A DNA stretch of 63,336 nucleotides, filler included, from Folioceros fuciformis (GCA_049999805.1; 16 parts of 16 records of this genome joined end to end with filler, not necessarily neighbours in it), one strand, 5' to 3'; shown: positions 12,272 to 24,770, numbered from the whole stretch's first letter. Notes: generated by a model not told the origin, from the letters alone. Translations and numbers: made by a program.

Positions 12272-13606
12272 GACAGCGGGCTAGCCATTGCTGGCTATGG
12301 TGACATCTTATTTCCTCTGAGCAGTGGGCAGCAGATCCAGCTACTCAGGGTTCTTCATGTGCCTAGCATGAAGAAGAATTCGCTATCAGTACGCAAACTG
12401 GTTATAGGGTTGCGCATTTGCTTTACATCAACTGGCTATTTAGTTACTTCACTACAACATCCCTCTGTTATCCTTGGGGAAGGAGTTTCCTATAATGACC
12501 TACATCATTTTGATACGTCAAAAGCACATATCAAGGATCAATCTCTTGGCTTGGTGGTTGATGATAAACCTGCAGTTGATGATACATACCTCTGGCATAG
12601 CCGGTTGTGTCACCCTAGTGTGACTTATATACGACAGATGATTAATAGGCAAGAGCTCTACAAGGACCCTCTCATTTTTAAAATCAAAGATCACCTGTTC
12701 TGTGAGCATAGTTAGGTTGGTAAGATGGCTCAATGGCCCTACAATGACCCAGAGCCAACTAAGGCACTCGGACTCCTGGATGTTGTACACTCGGATATTT
12801 GTGGACAAATGTCCACAGCCTCTTTTGGTGGTGCTTCATACTTCCTTCTTTTCTTGGATGAATGGAGTCATTACAATATGCTATATTTTTTGCATCACCG
12901 TTCTCAAACATACGAGAAATTTGTTGAGTATGTTCAGATGGCAGAAACCCAAACTGGTTGTACCCTGAAGAAATTGAGAAGCGATAATGCAAAGGAATAC
13001 CTCAGCGATGAGTTTTAGTCTTATTGCCGACAAAAGAGCATCCATCATCAGTTGACGGTGCCCTACCATTCAGCACAAAACTCATATGCTGAAAGATACA
13101 ATAGAACCTTGCAAGAGCATTGTCGGCCTACCTTATTATCTGCAGGCCTTACCCATGGGTACTGGGCTGAAGCCGTGGCAACTGTAAATTATGTCCATAA
13201 TAGGCTGCCTAGTAAGCCATCCTTCTTATTCACACCTTTTGAGCATTGGTGTAGTCATAAGCCTAGGATTGGACACCTCAGGATATTTGGTGCTGTCGCT
13301 TATGCCTACATTCCCATAGACAAACGTGCTAAGATGGACAACACGGCTACTAAACAAGTATTTGTTGGTTATTCAGAACAGGCAAAAGGTTACAAGTTAT
13401 ATGATTCACATACAAAACAACTCACTTTAGCAAGGAGTGTGAGTTTCAACGAAAGTTTCATAGTCACTTCAAATCTTAAGTCTATCACTAGCCATGAGCC
13501 GTTATCAAAACCTACAGTTTATGGATGTTTACCTATATTTAATTCAGAACATGGTGAAGAGGACAAGGACCTGTTGTTTGATGGTCCTCTACAGCCAGTT
13601 GACATC
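12272..13606 (+). pseudogene. pol: Copia protease C-terminus, GAG-pre-integrase and integrase
   Basis: LWHSRLCH, VHSDICG, LRSDNAKEY, HLRIFG, GYKLYD. Confidence 0.92.
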
Positions 13607-14502
13607 TATGGTGGCAAAACCCCGGGCACTATTTGCCAATGGGTTCAACCTTTAGCGGCCACACTTATCCTACTGTCGTTGAGACACTGGGTTTCGTTCC
13701 CACAAAGGAGCGATGGGGTTCCTAGTTGCTCTGGATGGAGGGTCGGACTCACTCGATTCGATGATGGATTCGAGAGCTCCCCTCCAGCTTCGATTTGTCG
13801 TGGGACAGTTCTCGCTATCCAGCAGATAGCTGCACCTCTCTCGGTGCTCACAAACTCACTCCAGTCACTACAACGACCCTAATTTCTTAGATCTGCAACT
13901 TCCCTCGCTTCACTTCACTTCACTCACTCACTCCCTCACTCCAGCACCAGCAACCAGCAACGACACCAACACCTTCTACGCTTTCCTATTGACTCCTGTG
14001 GAGGCAAAACCTTGGGCTCACTCCCAAAGTGAATGACTCCCTCCTCCTACAGGCTCACCTGATCTTATAAGAGCCTCTCTCTCTCTCTGACTTCACCTCT
14101 CTCTAACTTGAGAAATATTATTTTAATAGCCTAGCCGGCTATCACCAGCCACTTATTTAGACTTCAAGCACATCCTGCCACCAATGAGCTTGCCCTACCA
14201 CCACAAGGATCTACCACCTCTTAGACTATCCTGAGACTTCGGAGGATGTCTGATCTTCAAAGATCTGCGGACGCCGCCTCTTCCTTGTTGGATGGTCGCC
14301 CGCTAAGTCTTCCCCTGCAACTGTTCACCCTTGGTGGCTGAGCCAGCCTCCAGGAAAGGAACATGAGCAATGGGAAAGATAGAGAAGAGGTGGGAAGGAG
14401 TGGGATCAGTAGTCGGAACCTGGCCTGAAAACAGTAGCTTATTCAGCGGGATCAGCTTCCAGCCGAAATGGTTCCTCAACCATGGAAGGCTGACCCTGGG
14501 GT
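13607..14502 (+). mobile_element. 5' part of a TGTGG-family LTR, probably gypsy
   Basis: TATGGTGGCAAAACCCCGGG start; homologous inverted ends at 39777, 45719, 51956, 60550; second short start at 13997. Confidence 0.75.
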
Positions 14503-15121
14503 NNNNNNNNNNNNNNNNNNNNNNNNNNNNNNNNNNNNNNNNNNNNTTAATTAATTAANNNNNNNNNNNNNNNNNNNNNNNNNNNNNNNNNNNNNNNNNN
14601 NNGTAGTATTATAAAGAAGTTACCTTCTTTGGGATGGCTACCTATAGGGAGGTATGCCCACGTAGGGAGGATATCTCTGTGGGAGGTAGTACCCAAATAA
14701 GAAATATAGTTGTGAAGGGCAAGCTACCTACAGAAAAGCTACCTATGTAGGGTATCTATTAAGGGTAGTTACTACATATGGAAGTATACCTACGACAAGA
14801 GGGTATTTAAAGGGGTCCCTACCTAAGGTGTCCCATCAACGAAGGATGCTCACCTCCACGTAGGGAACTACATCTTCCTACATAGCGGGGAATAAGGAAG
14901 TAGTTGTGCGACAAGACACCTACGCCGGGGACCTACTTGTTGTGACCAAGCGAACTCAAAGAGAGAGAAAGGGCTTTGCTGTGGTGAGAGCCGTAGGGAG
15001 AAACGTGCAAGGGACGTGAAATCAGCTGCACAGAAGCTGGGAGTAGTTGCCTACGGAGGTAGGGGTATAACCTTGCGTAAAGGAGGGCAACCGACATTCT
15101 TGGGGTTTTCTTCTATCAACT

Positions 15122-16809
15122 ATGGCGCGGACTTCCAACAATACTTAGGTGGGTTCCGGTAGTAGGGGACGACCCACGAGGGCAGCCAGCTCTCCCCAAA
15201 CCAATGTTCCGTCCTTTTCTTGCTTTGGGGGCCAACTAAACTCAAGGGATTTGATAGACCTACGGACTTGGGCATGTGACGCAAACATCCAGCTTGACTG
15301 GATATATGGCAGACACTGGTCGTATGTTCATGAAGGCTTGGTGAAGGAGTGCTATACCAACCTACAGCGATCAAAGGAGGAGTTGGAAGCCCTACCTGAA
15401 CGAAACACGAGGACTGACCCTCGGTGTTGGACTGTCTGGAGCATCCGACAGGTGTATGGTAGGTCGGAAGAGGAGAGAGATGGTATTGGGATCCTGGACC
15501 AAGCCAGCCAATAGTTGAGGTAGGGTACCAGGTAGGGGATTTGGCGATGACACTAGTAGTGCAAGCACACAGTGGAGCACCAGATTTGGGGAGAAGGAGC
15601 CCAGTGAATTGGGAAGCAGCCCGAGGAGCACACGCCACAAGCCAAGGTAACGATACTTTGTTGGGAGTGTGGAGCAACATCATTCAGTGTGGCCAACAGC
15701 TACCACACATCAATTGGAGAGAGGCCTGTGCAATGATTGCAACCCTACTACAGGAGGACATAAGTCGGGATGCAAACTAGGCACCACTAGAATCCAAAGT
15801 GCAGGAATTGGAAAAGGAGTGAGAACAGTATCTCCTCAAGGATGGTGAGCAAAGGCAAGGACTGGAGAAGTTGACCCAGCAGGTGACCACGTTGCAAACT
15901 TCCCAACAAGGTTTATCACATGAGATCATTGCATGTCGAAGGGACCTCGCCCAGTCTGAGGAAACTAGGAATGTGGTGGAGGAACAGCTACGGGAACAAG
16001 TCTACATTGCAAAGGATTTACAAGGCAAGCTAGATGAGTTGGAGGCACAGAATGCTAAATCGAACCAGGAACTCCAGCAACGACTTGAAGCAGGGCAACG
16101 AGAGCGAGTGGAGAGGGAATAATTGACCATCCAATTAAAAGACCTTCAGCAAGAGAAAGCACAACAAGAAGCTGAGCACCAGACCAAGATTCATAGGATG
16201 CTGGTGGTTCGAGCTCGTAGGTTTCGTGCTGACTATGCCTACTTGATGGGGTGCATGACCAAGCTTCATGCAAGTCATCAAGAAAACCTTGACCTACAGT
16301 TGAAGGTAGGGGCGATGGAGGCTGAACGGGATATCTACAAGAGTAGATGCGAGGGTGGGGATTGGGTTGTTGACATGGATACCATAGATGTAGCTCAACA
16401 GAATCGCAACCTCCACCTACACCAACGTCTACTTGCTCATCACAAGGAACTGGCAGCATTGGCAAGGCGAAGGTATCTTGGGCCACATGATGACGACCGT
16501 GAGGCCCTGGAGATAGTGCCCCTACCAACAGACTTTCAAGAGGACAACAGTATGGACCTGGAGAGCTCGCAATGGGAACCTGAGGAACTGCTATGGGCTA
16601 GGAAGAGCACGCAACAAGGGGTACCTACTCCCGTAGAGAACCTACCTACGAGAGGAGGGGTAGGGAACCTACCTACGAGAGGAGGGGTAGGGAACCTACC
16701 TACGAGAAGAGGGGTAGGGAACCTACCTACGAGAGGAGGGGTAGGAATGGTAGGTACCCTACCTACGGAGGGAACATTCCCACCCTATGTAGGGAAGGAG
16801 CCTCAAGTT
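15122..16809 (+). pseudogene. Retrotransposon accessory ORF: globular domain, long coiled coil, repeat tail
   Basis: Starts MARTSNN; W...LVKEC and DPRCWTVWSIRQVYG motifs shared with 62163-63030; second copy at 47756-48968. Confidence 0.65.
16639..16745 (+). repeat. 27-bp tandem repeat x4 encoding NLPTRGGVG
   Basis: AACCTACCTACGAGAGGAGGGGTAGGG units; 3 units in the copy near 48095-48180. Confidence 0.9.
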
Positions 16810-16909
16810 NNNNNNNNNNNNNNNNNNNNNNNNNNNNNNNNNNNNNNNNNNNNTTAATTAATTAANNNNNNNNNNNNNNNNNNNNNNNNNNNNNNNNNNN
16901 NNNNNNNNN

Positions 16910-17450
16910 GTGGAGTTTGGATTTGGCTGGAGAGTTACCAGTCACACGTAGAGGTTCTAAATATGTGTTGGTAATGATAGAACATTTCTCTAAGTGGATA
17001 GTTTTGGTTCCTTTAAGAGAGAAGAAGGCACATGACATTAAGGAAGCGTTTCTTAATCATGTATTGAGCAATTTTGGGGCATGTGCAGAAGTTTTGACAA
17101 ATCAAGGTACTGAGTTTATGGGAGATTTTGATGAATTTTCAAATGAATATCTTATTAACCATAGGGTTACTTAAAGGAATCATCCAGAGGTTGATGGTTT
17201 GGCGGAGAGAATGGTATAAACATGCAAGAGGGCTTTGAGAAAGTATTGTTTGGTAATGGACAAGAGTGAGTGGGATAAGATGTTACCATTTCTTGTGATT
17301 GGTTATAGGATGAGCACACAAGCGTCATTGGGAAAGTTTCGCCATACATGTTGTTGTTTGGGTGGAGACCACAATAGTCTGGAATCTTGGAAGACAAGTT
17401 GAATGCTATAGTGGAGTTCGATGATCCTAATAAGTGGCTAAAGATAGTTA
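16910..17450 (+). pseudogene. pol: Ty3/gypsy integrase core fragment
   Basis: DLAGELPVTRRGSKYVLVMIEHFSKW...TNQGTEF. Confidence 0.9.
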
Positions 17451-17649
17451 TGTTGATAAATTGAATTGCGTGTATTACCACATATACACACAATTGCCAA
17501 AAGCAAAGTATTTAATTTTTGAACCTGATGTGTCTTATATACAATATATCAAGAGTCACGACTGTTCATTAATCTCTCATAATCCTAACTAGCTAACATA
17601 AGCTACGTTTATATGTATGTAACCCTAACGAGGGGTTTTACTTCAAACA
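17451..17649 (-). mobile_element. 3' LTR of the near-intact copia; PPT at 17650-17658
   Basis: TGTT...AACA termini; minus strand reads AAGGGGGAG|TGTTTGAAG. Confidence 0.9.
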
Positions 17650-17695
17650 CTCCCCCTTAAACGGAGCGCACTGTTAGCGTGGCGAAGTTGCAGCC

Positions 17696-17860
17696 ATGAC
17701 GGGATTCTTCAGCCTGAGTCTCGCAGTCTGTGCAATCGTGATTGCTGTGTCCCTCCTGTATCAACACATAAGAGAACAACAGAGAAGGCGCAGAAAGAGA
17801 GCGGGCCGCACCACCTATCAGCTGCCTTTAAGCAGCTGGAGTGAAATAACGACGGACTAG
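17696..17860 (+). CDS. 54-aa antisense micropeptide, transmembrane-like segment plus polybasic patch; below the ORF-track cutoff
   Basis: GCAGCCATGA context; MTGFFSLSLAVCAIVIAVSLLYQHIREQQRRRRKRAGRTTYQLPLSSWSEITTD*. Confidence 0.6.
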   Translation: MTGFFSLSLAVCAIVIAVSLLYQHIREQQRRRRKRAGRTTYQLPLSSWSEITTD

Positions 17861-18089
17861 ACATGGCGTCTCGCAGGCTGGGAGTGTTGACTGTGGATTG
17901 CATTTTCGGCGAAGAGAGTGCCTGAAAGGCGCCAGCAACTGACTGAAGAAAAGGTGCTGGCAGAGCAACTGAAAAGAGCAGGCGCCTGTCCACTTCTGCC
18001 TGAAAAGTGACCATAGGCACCATAAGCTGCAGTATGCGATTAGGACTGGACTGTGGAGCTTCATCCGCATCAGCTGTGGCTTGGATATG

Positions 18090-21000
18090 TCAGGATTGAG
18101 ACGGAGAACATGGTGCAACACCCATCGCCTCCATGAATTGATAATGTTTACTCGCGGGCAGGTACTTGGTCAACAAGTCTGCAGTGTTGTAATCTGTTGA
18201 GACATGCTGAAGTCGCACCACCTTCTGTTCCACTTGTTGACGAATAAAATGATGCTGCACCTCGATGTGCTTTGTTCGGGCATGGAAACGCGGGTTTGCT
18301 GTCATACTGATAGTGGAAACATTGTCGCAGTGGATAAGAGTGGGCTTTAGCTGTGGAAAACCAAGACCCTGCAGGAAGGCACGCTCCCAAATTGCTTCTT
18401 TGGCAGCTTCAGTTAGGGCTTTGTACTCTGCCTCAGTAGAGGACAGAGAAACGGAAGCCTGCTTCTTTGAGCTCCAGTGAACAACAGCATTTGAGAGAAT
18501 GAAACAGTAGGCTGATATGCTTTGTCTGGCGTCAGGGTTTGTTGCCCAATCAGCATCGGCATAACCACACACGGTAGGTGTTGTATCTCGCCCCCTGAAG
18601 CATAAGCCGTGATTCATTGTGCCTTTAAGATAGCGCAAGATACGCTTGACGGCTGCCCAGTGAACTTGGCCAGGATTGTCAAGGAACTGAGAAACCGAGC
18701 TAACAGCGTATTGAATATCAGGGCGGGTCCAACAGCTGATGTAATTCAGACAGCCAACAGCGTGACGATATGGAAACTGAGACATAGCCTGGCGCTCATG
18801 ATCATCTTGTGGACAGTCATCAGCAGAAAGCTTGAGACCTGGAACACCAGGGGTGGAAACGGGCTTGGCAGAATCAAGGTGAAAACGGCAGAGAGTTTCG
18901 GCAATATATTTGCTTTGGTGAAGCATGAGAGTCTGATCCTCCAAGTTGCGGACAAGTTGAACCCCAAGAACAAAGGTAAGAGGGCCGATGTCCTTCATGT
19001 CAAACTGTTGGTGCAGCATGCCCTTGACCCAGGCAAGTAACTCAGAGTTGTTTGATGCCAGAATAGCGTCATCAACGTACAAGGCCAGTATGACGAGATG
19101 ACCTCCTTTGGTATATATATACACGTTGGCATCACCAGGGTTCTGCACGAAACCAATGGACTGCAAATACTTGTCGATGGTTTTGTACCATTCCCGGGCG
19201 GATTGCTTAAGACCGTAAATGGTCTTCTTTAAACGGCACACCCAGGTAGGATGGTCTGGAGCAATAAAACCTTCAGGTTGCTGCATATAGATGTCCTCGT
19301 CAAGCTCACCGTACAGAAAGGCGGTACACACGTCCATCTGTTGCAAGTCCCAAGCATTGGCAGCGGCGAGGGCAAGTATCATTCTGATGGACTGGGTTTT
19401 GACGACAGGACTGAAGGTCTCTTGAAAATCAACACCGGGAATCTGAGTAAAACCCCGAGCCACAAGACGGGATTTGTATCTAGCAATCTCCCCTTTTTCA
19501 TTCAGTTTATGCTTGAAAACCCACTTACAACTGACAGTTTTGCGGCCAACAGGCAGAGGACAGAGATCCCAGGTACCATTCTTGATAAGCGAGTCATACT
19601 CATCCTTGATGGATGGAATCCAGTGTGCTTTGTCTGGGCCAGTAACAGCTTCAGTGTAAGTGCGGGGCTCAGGCTTGAGAAAAGGAAACTCAGAGTTATT
19701 AGTCTTGAGAGACATGCCAGCCCTAGGACGCCGATAGTCCACAGACTGATACGGAGGCTCCTTCCAGTGAGCAGGGGGCACTCTCTCACGAGTGGGGTAC
19801 CGGTGTTCAGGCGGAGGAGCAGGAAGGGGTACATCATCATCATCAGTCACAGCAAGTTCTGGTAAAAGGTTACTGTCAGCTGAGTCGTCTGAGTGATGAG
19901 AAGCAACATCCTGCAAATCTGCTGACCCGGGAATTGACACGTCTCCTGCAGAAGCTGGATTCGCTTGATCTGCTGCAACGGAGCCAGTGTCGGTGGCAGG
20001 AATAACGTCAGGGACACCGGCAGCAGCAGCAGGAGCAACGGGTTGTGCCACCGGAAACTGCAAGAGACCAGGGTCAGGTTGGACCACTGAGCTGACATCA
20101 ATAAAATCATCCTGGGGGAACTCAGACAGGTCCTCTTCTGCACTGGCATCTGCATCGGTAAGATTCGCTGGTACAGAAAGTGTTGATTCAAAATAAGGTT
20201 TGGCAGGACTGATGAGTTCTCGAAAGGTAACACTCCTAGCGAATTGTGCTGACTGGGTGAGTGAATCATACAACTTGTAAGCTTTCGCTTCTTCACCATA
20301 CCCAACAAACAGCAGGGGTTTAGCCCGTGCATCTAACTTTCTTCGCTTTTCAGCAGGGATATATGCATAAGCAGGAGAGCCAAATACTCGAAGATGAAGT
20401 AAACTCGGCTTCCTTTGCCATATAACCTCATAAGGTGTTTTGCCATCCACAGCACTTGTCAAGAGACGATTAAGGATGTAAGTCGTAGTCACCACTGCTT
20501 CTGCCCAAAATGCTTTGCTGAGACCTGACCATTCCAGCATGCTGCGCGTCATGCCTAACAGGGTCTGGTTGCGGCGCTCAGCAACGCCATTCTGCTGCTG
20601 GGTATAAGGGACTATGAGCTGACGGACAATCCCTCGGTCAAGAAGAAACTGGTTGAAGTTGCCATGTGTAAATTCTGTACCATTATCTGAACGCAAGCAC
20701 TTCAGCTGGCGACCTGTTTGTTTCTGAACCATCTGCAGCCATTCCTGGAAGAAAGCAAAGGTGTCTGACTTCAAACGCATCGGGTAGGTCCATGAATACC
20801 TACTGAAGTCATCCGTGAGTGTAAGATAATACAAGGCACCACCTAGAGAAGGTATGTGAATCTTCCCAGAGATGTCTGCGTGCACGAGGTCCAGAATCTG
20901 AGAAGCTCTATATGCTGTCTGTTTGGGAAAGGGCACTTCCTTTTGCTTTGCTATCACACAAGCATCGCACAAAGGCAAGTCCTTGAAACATTTGGGCAGT

Positions 21001-22463
21001 GGTTCCCTGTAACAGGTTAGGTTGGACATCTTGATGAGCTTATCCCGATTGGCATGTCCTAGACGTGCGTGCCAGAGACTGGCTTGAGCAGCTTGGGTGG
21101 ACAGAGTGACATTGGCAGTGTCCACAGGTATGGCTTTTAAATCAAGTTGATATAAATCGTGCACTAAGTGTCCTGTAGCAACTACCTGACCTCTCTCCCC
21201 TCTCTTCATAAGCTCACAGCGTGAAGAAGTGAAGAGCAGATCGAAAGTGCGTAAGGACATAAGTTGGCTAACAGAAAGCAGATGTTTAGCCATGCGGGGC
21301 ACGTACAGGACGTTATCCAAGTGAAGGATGGAACCATCATGCAACATAAAGCGACAGGACCCAGAGCCTTCTATCTGCAGACCTGTACGGGTAAGTTCAT
21401 CACCCAAAAGCACTTTATCTGAAGTGGTAGATGACTGAAAATTGCTGATCAGGGACTTATCTTTGCAAATATGAGATGTAGCTCCTGAATCTAAATACCA
21501 GCACTGTGGGGAAGGATGTGCAGAAGACACAAGACAGACTGTCATGATGACAGGTGGTTTACTTGTGATCGACTGAGAAAGCCGATCCTTGGCAGCCAAG
21601 TGTGCCTCAGCCTGTTTCAAAGGCTTCTCAGCTTTACGAGGCTCGCCAGATTTTTTCTTCCGACATTCTCTCTCCTAGTGGCCCTGTATACCACACCAGT
21701 TACAGGCGCCAGTACGTTTCACAGAAATGGTCTTCGAAGAACCTGCACCTCCACTCGAGGTAGGTTTCCTCCGGTTTTGCTTTACTTGAGTCGAAAGGAC
21801 CTCGTCTGTCCTGGTTCGTCCACCATGTAAAGTAGAAGTAGCCCTGCTTTGTTCTTCCTGTAGCAAGGCACCAATAACATCAGCCAGGTTGATGTTGGTA
21901 GGCTGACCTGCGGCCCGAGCAGCATCAGCAGCGCGAACTGTGGCACCGTAGCTGGAGACGAAAGTCTGATAGCTGGGGGGCAGACTTGTCAACAACTGAC
22001 TAACTGCATCAAGCTCCGGGAATTGAGAACCCAAGTTGATGAGTTGGGCACGAAATTGGCGAAAACGGATGACAAAAGGGGACACCTTTTCACCCTCCTT
22101 AAGACGCAGAGAGAAGAGCTCTCCTCGAACGGCACACATGGTAAGAATATTTTTGGCTTCATAAGTCTGAGTCAGGAGAGTCCAAATCTCGTCAGCCTTG
22201 GTGAGGAAGGCAACGTCTGCAAGCAGTGTCTCATCCAGTCCGCTAATTAAGACGGCGCGAGCGACATAATTCAGGTTTGCCCATTTGTCCTTTTCCTCTT
22301 GTGTGGCAGATTGTGGAGGTTCCTTAAGCGTGCCACTAACAACTCCCCAAACGTGTCTCGCTTGCAGGGCAGCTGTCATGCGCACCTTCCAACCTTCGAA
22401 TTTCATCCCATTAAATCGATCCCGCTCCTTGAACTCAAAAGAGTAGGATGGCTGAGGAATCAC
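18090..22463 (-). mobile_element. gag-pol: Near-intact copia gag-pol, one frame of about 1458 codons with a single stop
   Basis: gag, CCHC, WYLDSGATSH, integrase, YVDD and RNase H all in frame; only visible lesion is TAG at 21675-21677. Confidence 0.97.
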
Positions 22464-22675
22464 AGGTACGGCAGGGAGCGGGAGGGNNNNNNNNNNNNNN
22501 NNNNNNNNNNNNNNNNNNNNNNNNNNNNNNTTAATTAATTAANNNNNNNNNNNNNNNNNNNNNNNNNNNNNNNNNNNNNNNNNNNNCCCCCCAGCTGATG
22601 TGAATGGCTAGCAAAAAGGGAAAAGAAGCCCGATGGAACTAGGGATTGCTGCCATCAGCCTGCTGTAGGGACAGC

Positions 22676-24392
22676 ACACTTAGGGCAGTACCACAGATGT
22701 TCAGGGACTCAGTCAATGCAGAACAGATGAAACCCACCGTTACCATCACAGAGCAACATGAGCTTGGCATCATCAGTTTTGCAGCAAACTTGACAAGGGT
22801 AATCCTCAGAAGGTACCTAGTTAATTGTTACAATTGTGGGATCCAAATTAGGAAGGTGGCAGGGAGCACAGTTTTTGGTGTGATCTGTGATGGTTCTCCC
22901 ATCAACCCCTTGTAGCAGCAGCATGCCGTTAGGCCTGACCTCCCTGATTCTTAACACATGGCAACTGATGCTGGTGTCCAGTGTGTCACCAATCTGCCAT
23001 TGTAGATACACAAAATCTCCAAATTGAAACTTTTTGAGCTTCAGCCTAAAACTCCCACTCCTGGTGTAAGCATACCTAAGAGTGTCCCTGTGTTGTTCTA
23101 TGTGCAGATTTGCCAAAGCCATAGGCATTACCTGTCTGAACAAGGCAGCCCTCTCTCCAAAGACCTTAGCCCATACAGTTGGACTGTCCAAATCCACCAC
23201 TTGCTGCAGCTGTTTAGCAATAGCGCTGGGTGGTAGAGGCTCACAGCTGAAGAGTAGGAAGTATGGCAAGAAGTGTGCTAAGGAATCATGCTTACTCATC
23301 CTATACCCCATGACGATATACTGCAAAGCCAAGTCCCACTCTGTCTTGGGCATTTGCAAATAGAGCTTCCTCAAGCCCTTCTTGATGGTTTGGACCATCC
23401 GCTCGGCAAGACCATCTACCTAGGGGTGGTCTTGGCTTGTCCTGCGATGGTTGATCAAGGTTGCATCCAGCAAGTCTTGGAATTCACCCCAAAATTCCGA
23501 CCCCTATTCGGTCAAGCATTCGGCACAGCTGCCAAAACGATTGAGCACATTCTGCAGGAAGCCTTGGGAGGTGCTCCTGGATGTTTTATCCGGCAGTGTG
23601 ACAACCTCAACCCACTTGCTGAAGTGCTCTATCATGACCAACACATACACATTCCCACGTGCAGTTTGGGGTAGCTCACCAATCAAATCACACGACCATC
23701 TAAAGGAGAGGCCCATGATGAGCAAGGGATGCAGCTCTGGATGCTAAATGGTGAAGGATGTCTTCACCCTGTCACATGGCTTGCAGCAAGCAACCCACTC
23801 ACGCACCTGGTCATGCATTCCATGCCAATAAAAATGGGGAGTCAACAGGCTGTAGGTGCACTTGACTCCAAAGTGGCCAATGTCATTGTGCACTATGCTA
23901 ATCAGCATAGCTCTGTCGATTGGTGGTGGCACCAAGTGCCCTACTCCATGTGCTAGCTTCCTGATTACATAGCCATCTCGCCAGTAATATGTGGTAGCAC
24001 GATGCTTGACCTGCTCAGCTGTTGTTGGTGGCAATGCTTCATTCAGCTATCCAGTCTGCAGGTATTGCAGTGTGTGGGGATCCTCCCATATGTCCTTGGC
24101 CAGTCGAGTAGGTGAAGTCGTGCTGCAACTGCCTACACATACCATGGCCCCCAGGGCAATGACTAGAAATGGCACATAAGGCTCATAGTCCTGCCTTGCT
24201 TCAGTCATGTCCTCACAGCTGCTGTATGGGTTCCTGGACAGAGAGTCCGCATTCTGGTGTCAAACCTGGCCTATGGACCACCTGAAAATCGTAATCCTGG
24301 AGGATCATGGCCCAACTAGCCAGCTTGTCGCTTAGCTTTATGTTGGCCATGAGCCACCTGAGAGGCTGGTGATCTATTGCCAGCGTAAATAT
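22676..24392 (-). pseudogene. pol: Gypsy pol (RNase H-integrase) with a C-terminal PHD finger
   Basis: DHQPLRWL, HNDIGHFG...CKPC, FRWSCDLIG, TKNCAPCHLP, then CQVC...LLCDG-NGGFHLFC...WYCPKC at 22676-22795. Confidence 0.9.
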
Positions 24393-24770
24393 TGTCAATA
24401 GGATCGACTCCAATCTATGTGCAAGTGTAGGAGAGGAGAGGAGAGAAGAGAGGGTGGTATTGGTAGTCACAACCAAAAACAATACACATCACCACTATCT
24501 TACTATGGAGGTCCGAGGTCTCCATTTAAGTAGTACATTTAGGGCTACACAACTTCCAAGTTCAATATGAAATAATCTACACTATCCTAAGTTCATTAAT
24601 AACTAAAACTAGTTTAGTATGAACCCAACCGGGATAACTAACACCACATGAGTTTAGCTTATATAGAGCTCGATAACTCAACACTCCCCCTCGAGCTCAA
24701 CATAGCATTTGTACGCCTAACATAGCTCGGAATTTCTTCAGCTTCTCTGCTCCCATAGGCTTAGTAAATA
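24393..24770 (-). mobile_element. Copia 3' LTR (24393-24683), PPT and RNase H tip
   Basis: TGTCAA...TCAACA; near-identical to 53268-53560. Confidence 0.9.

Noticed and set aside
21675-21677. In-frame TAG between gag and pol as a programmed readthrough signal
   Set aside because: It falls inside the CCHC knuckle at a position that is Trp in sister elements; a simple TGG to TAG mutation
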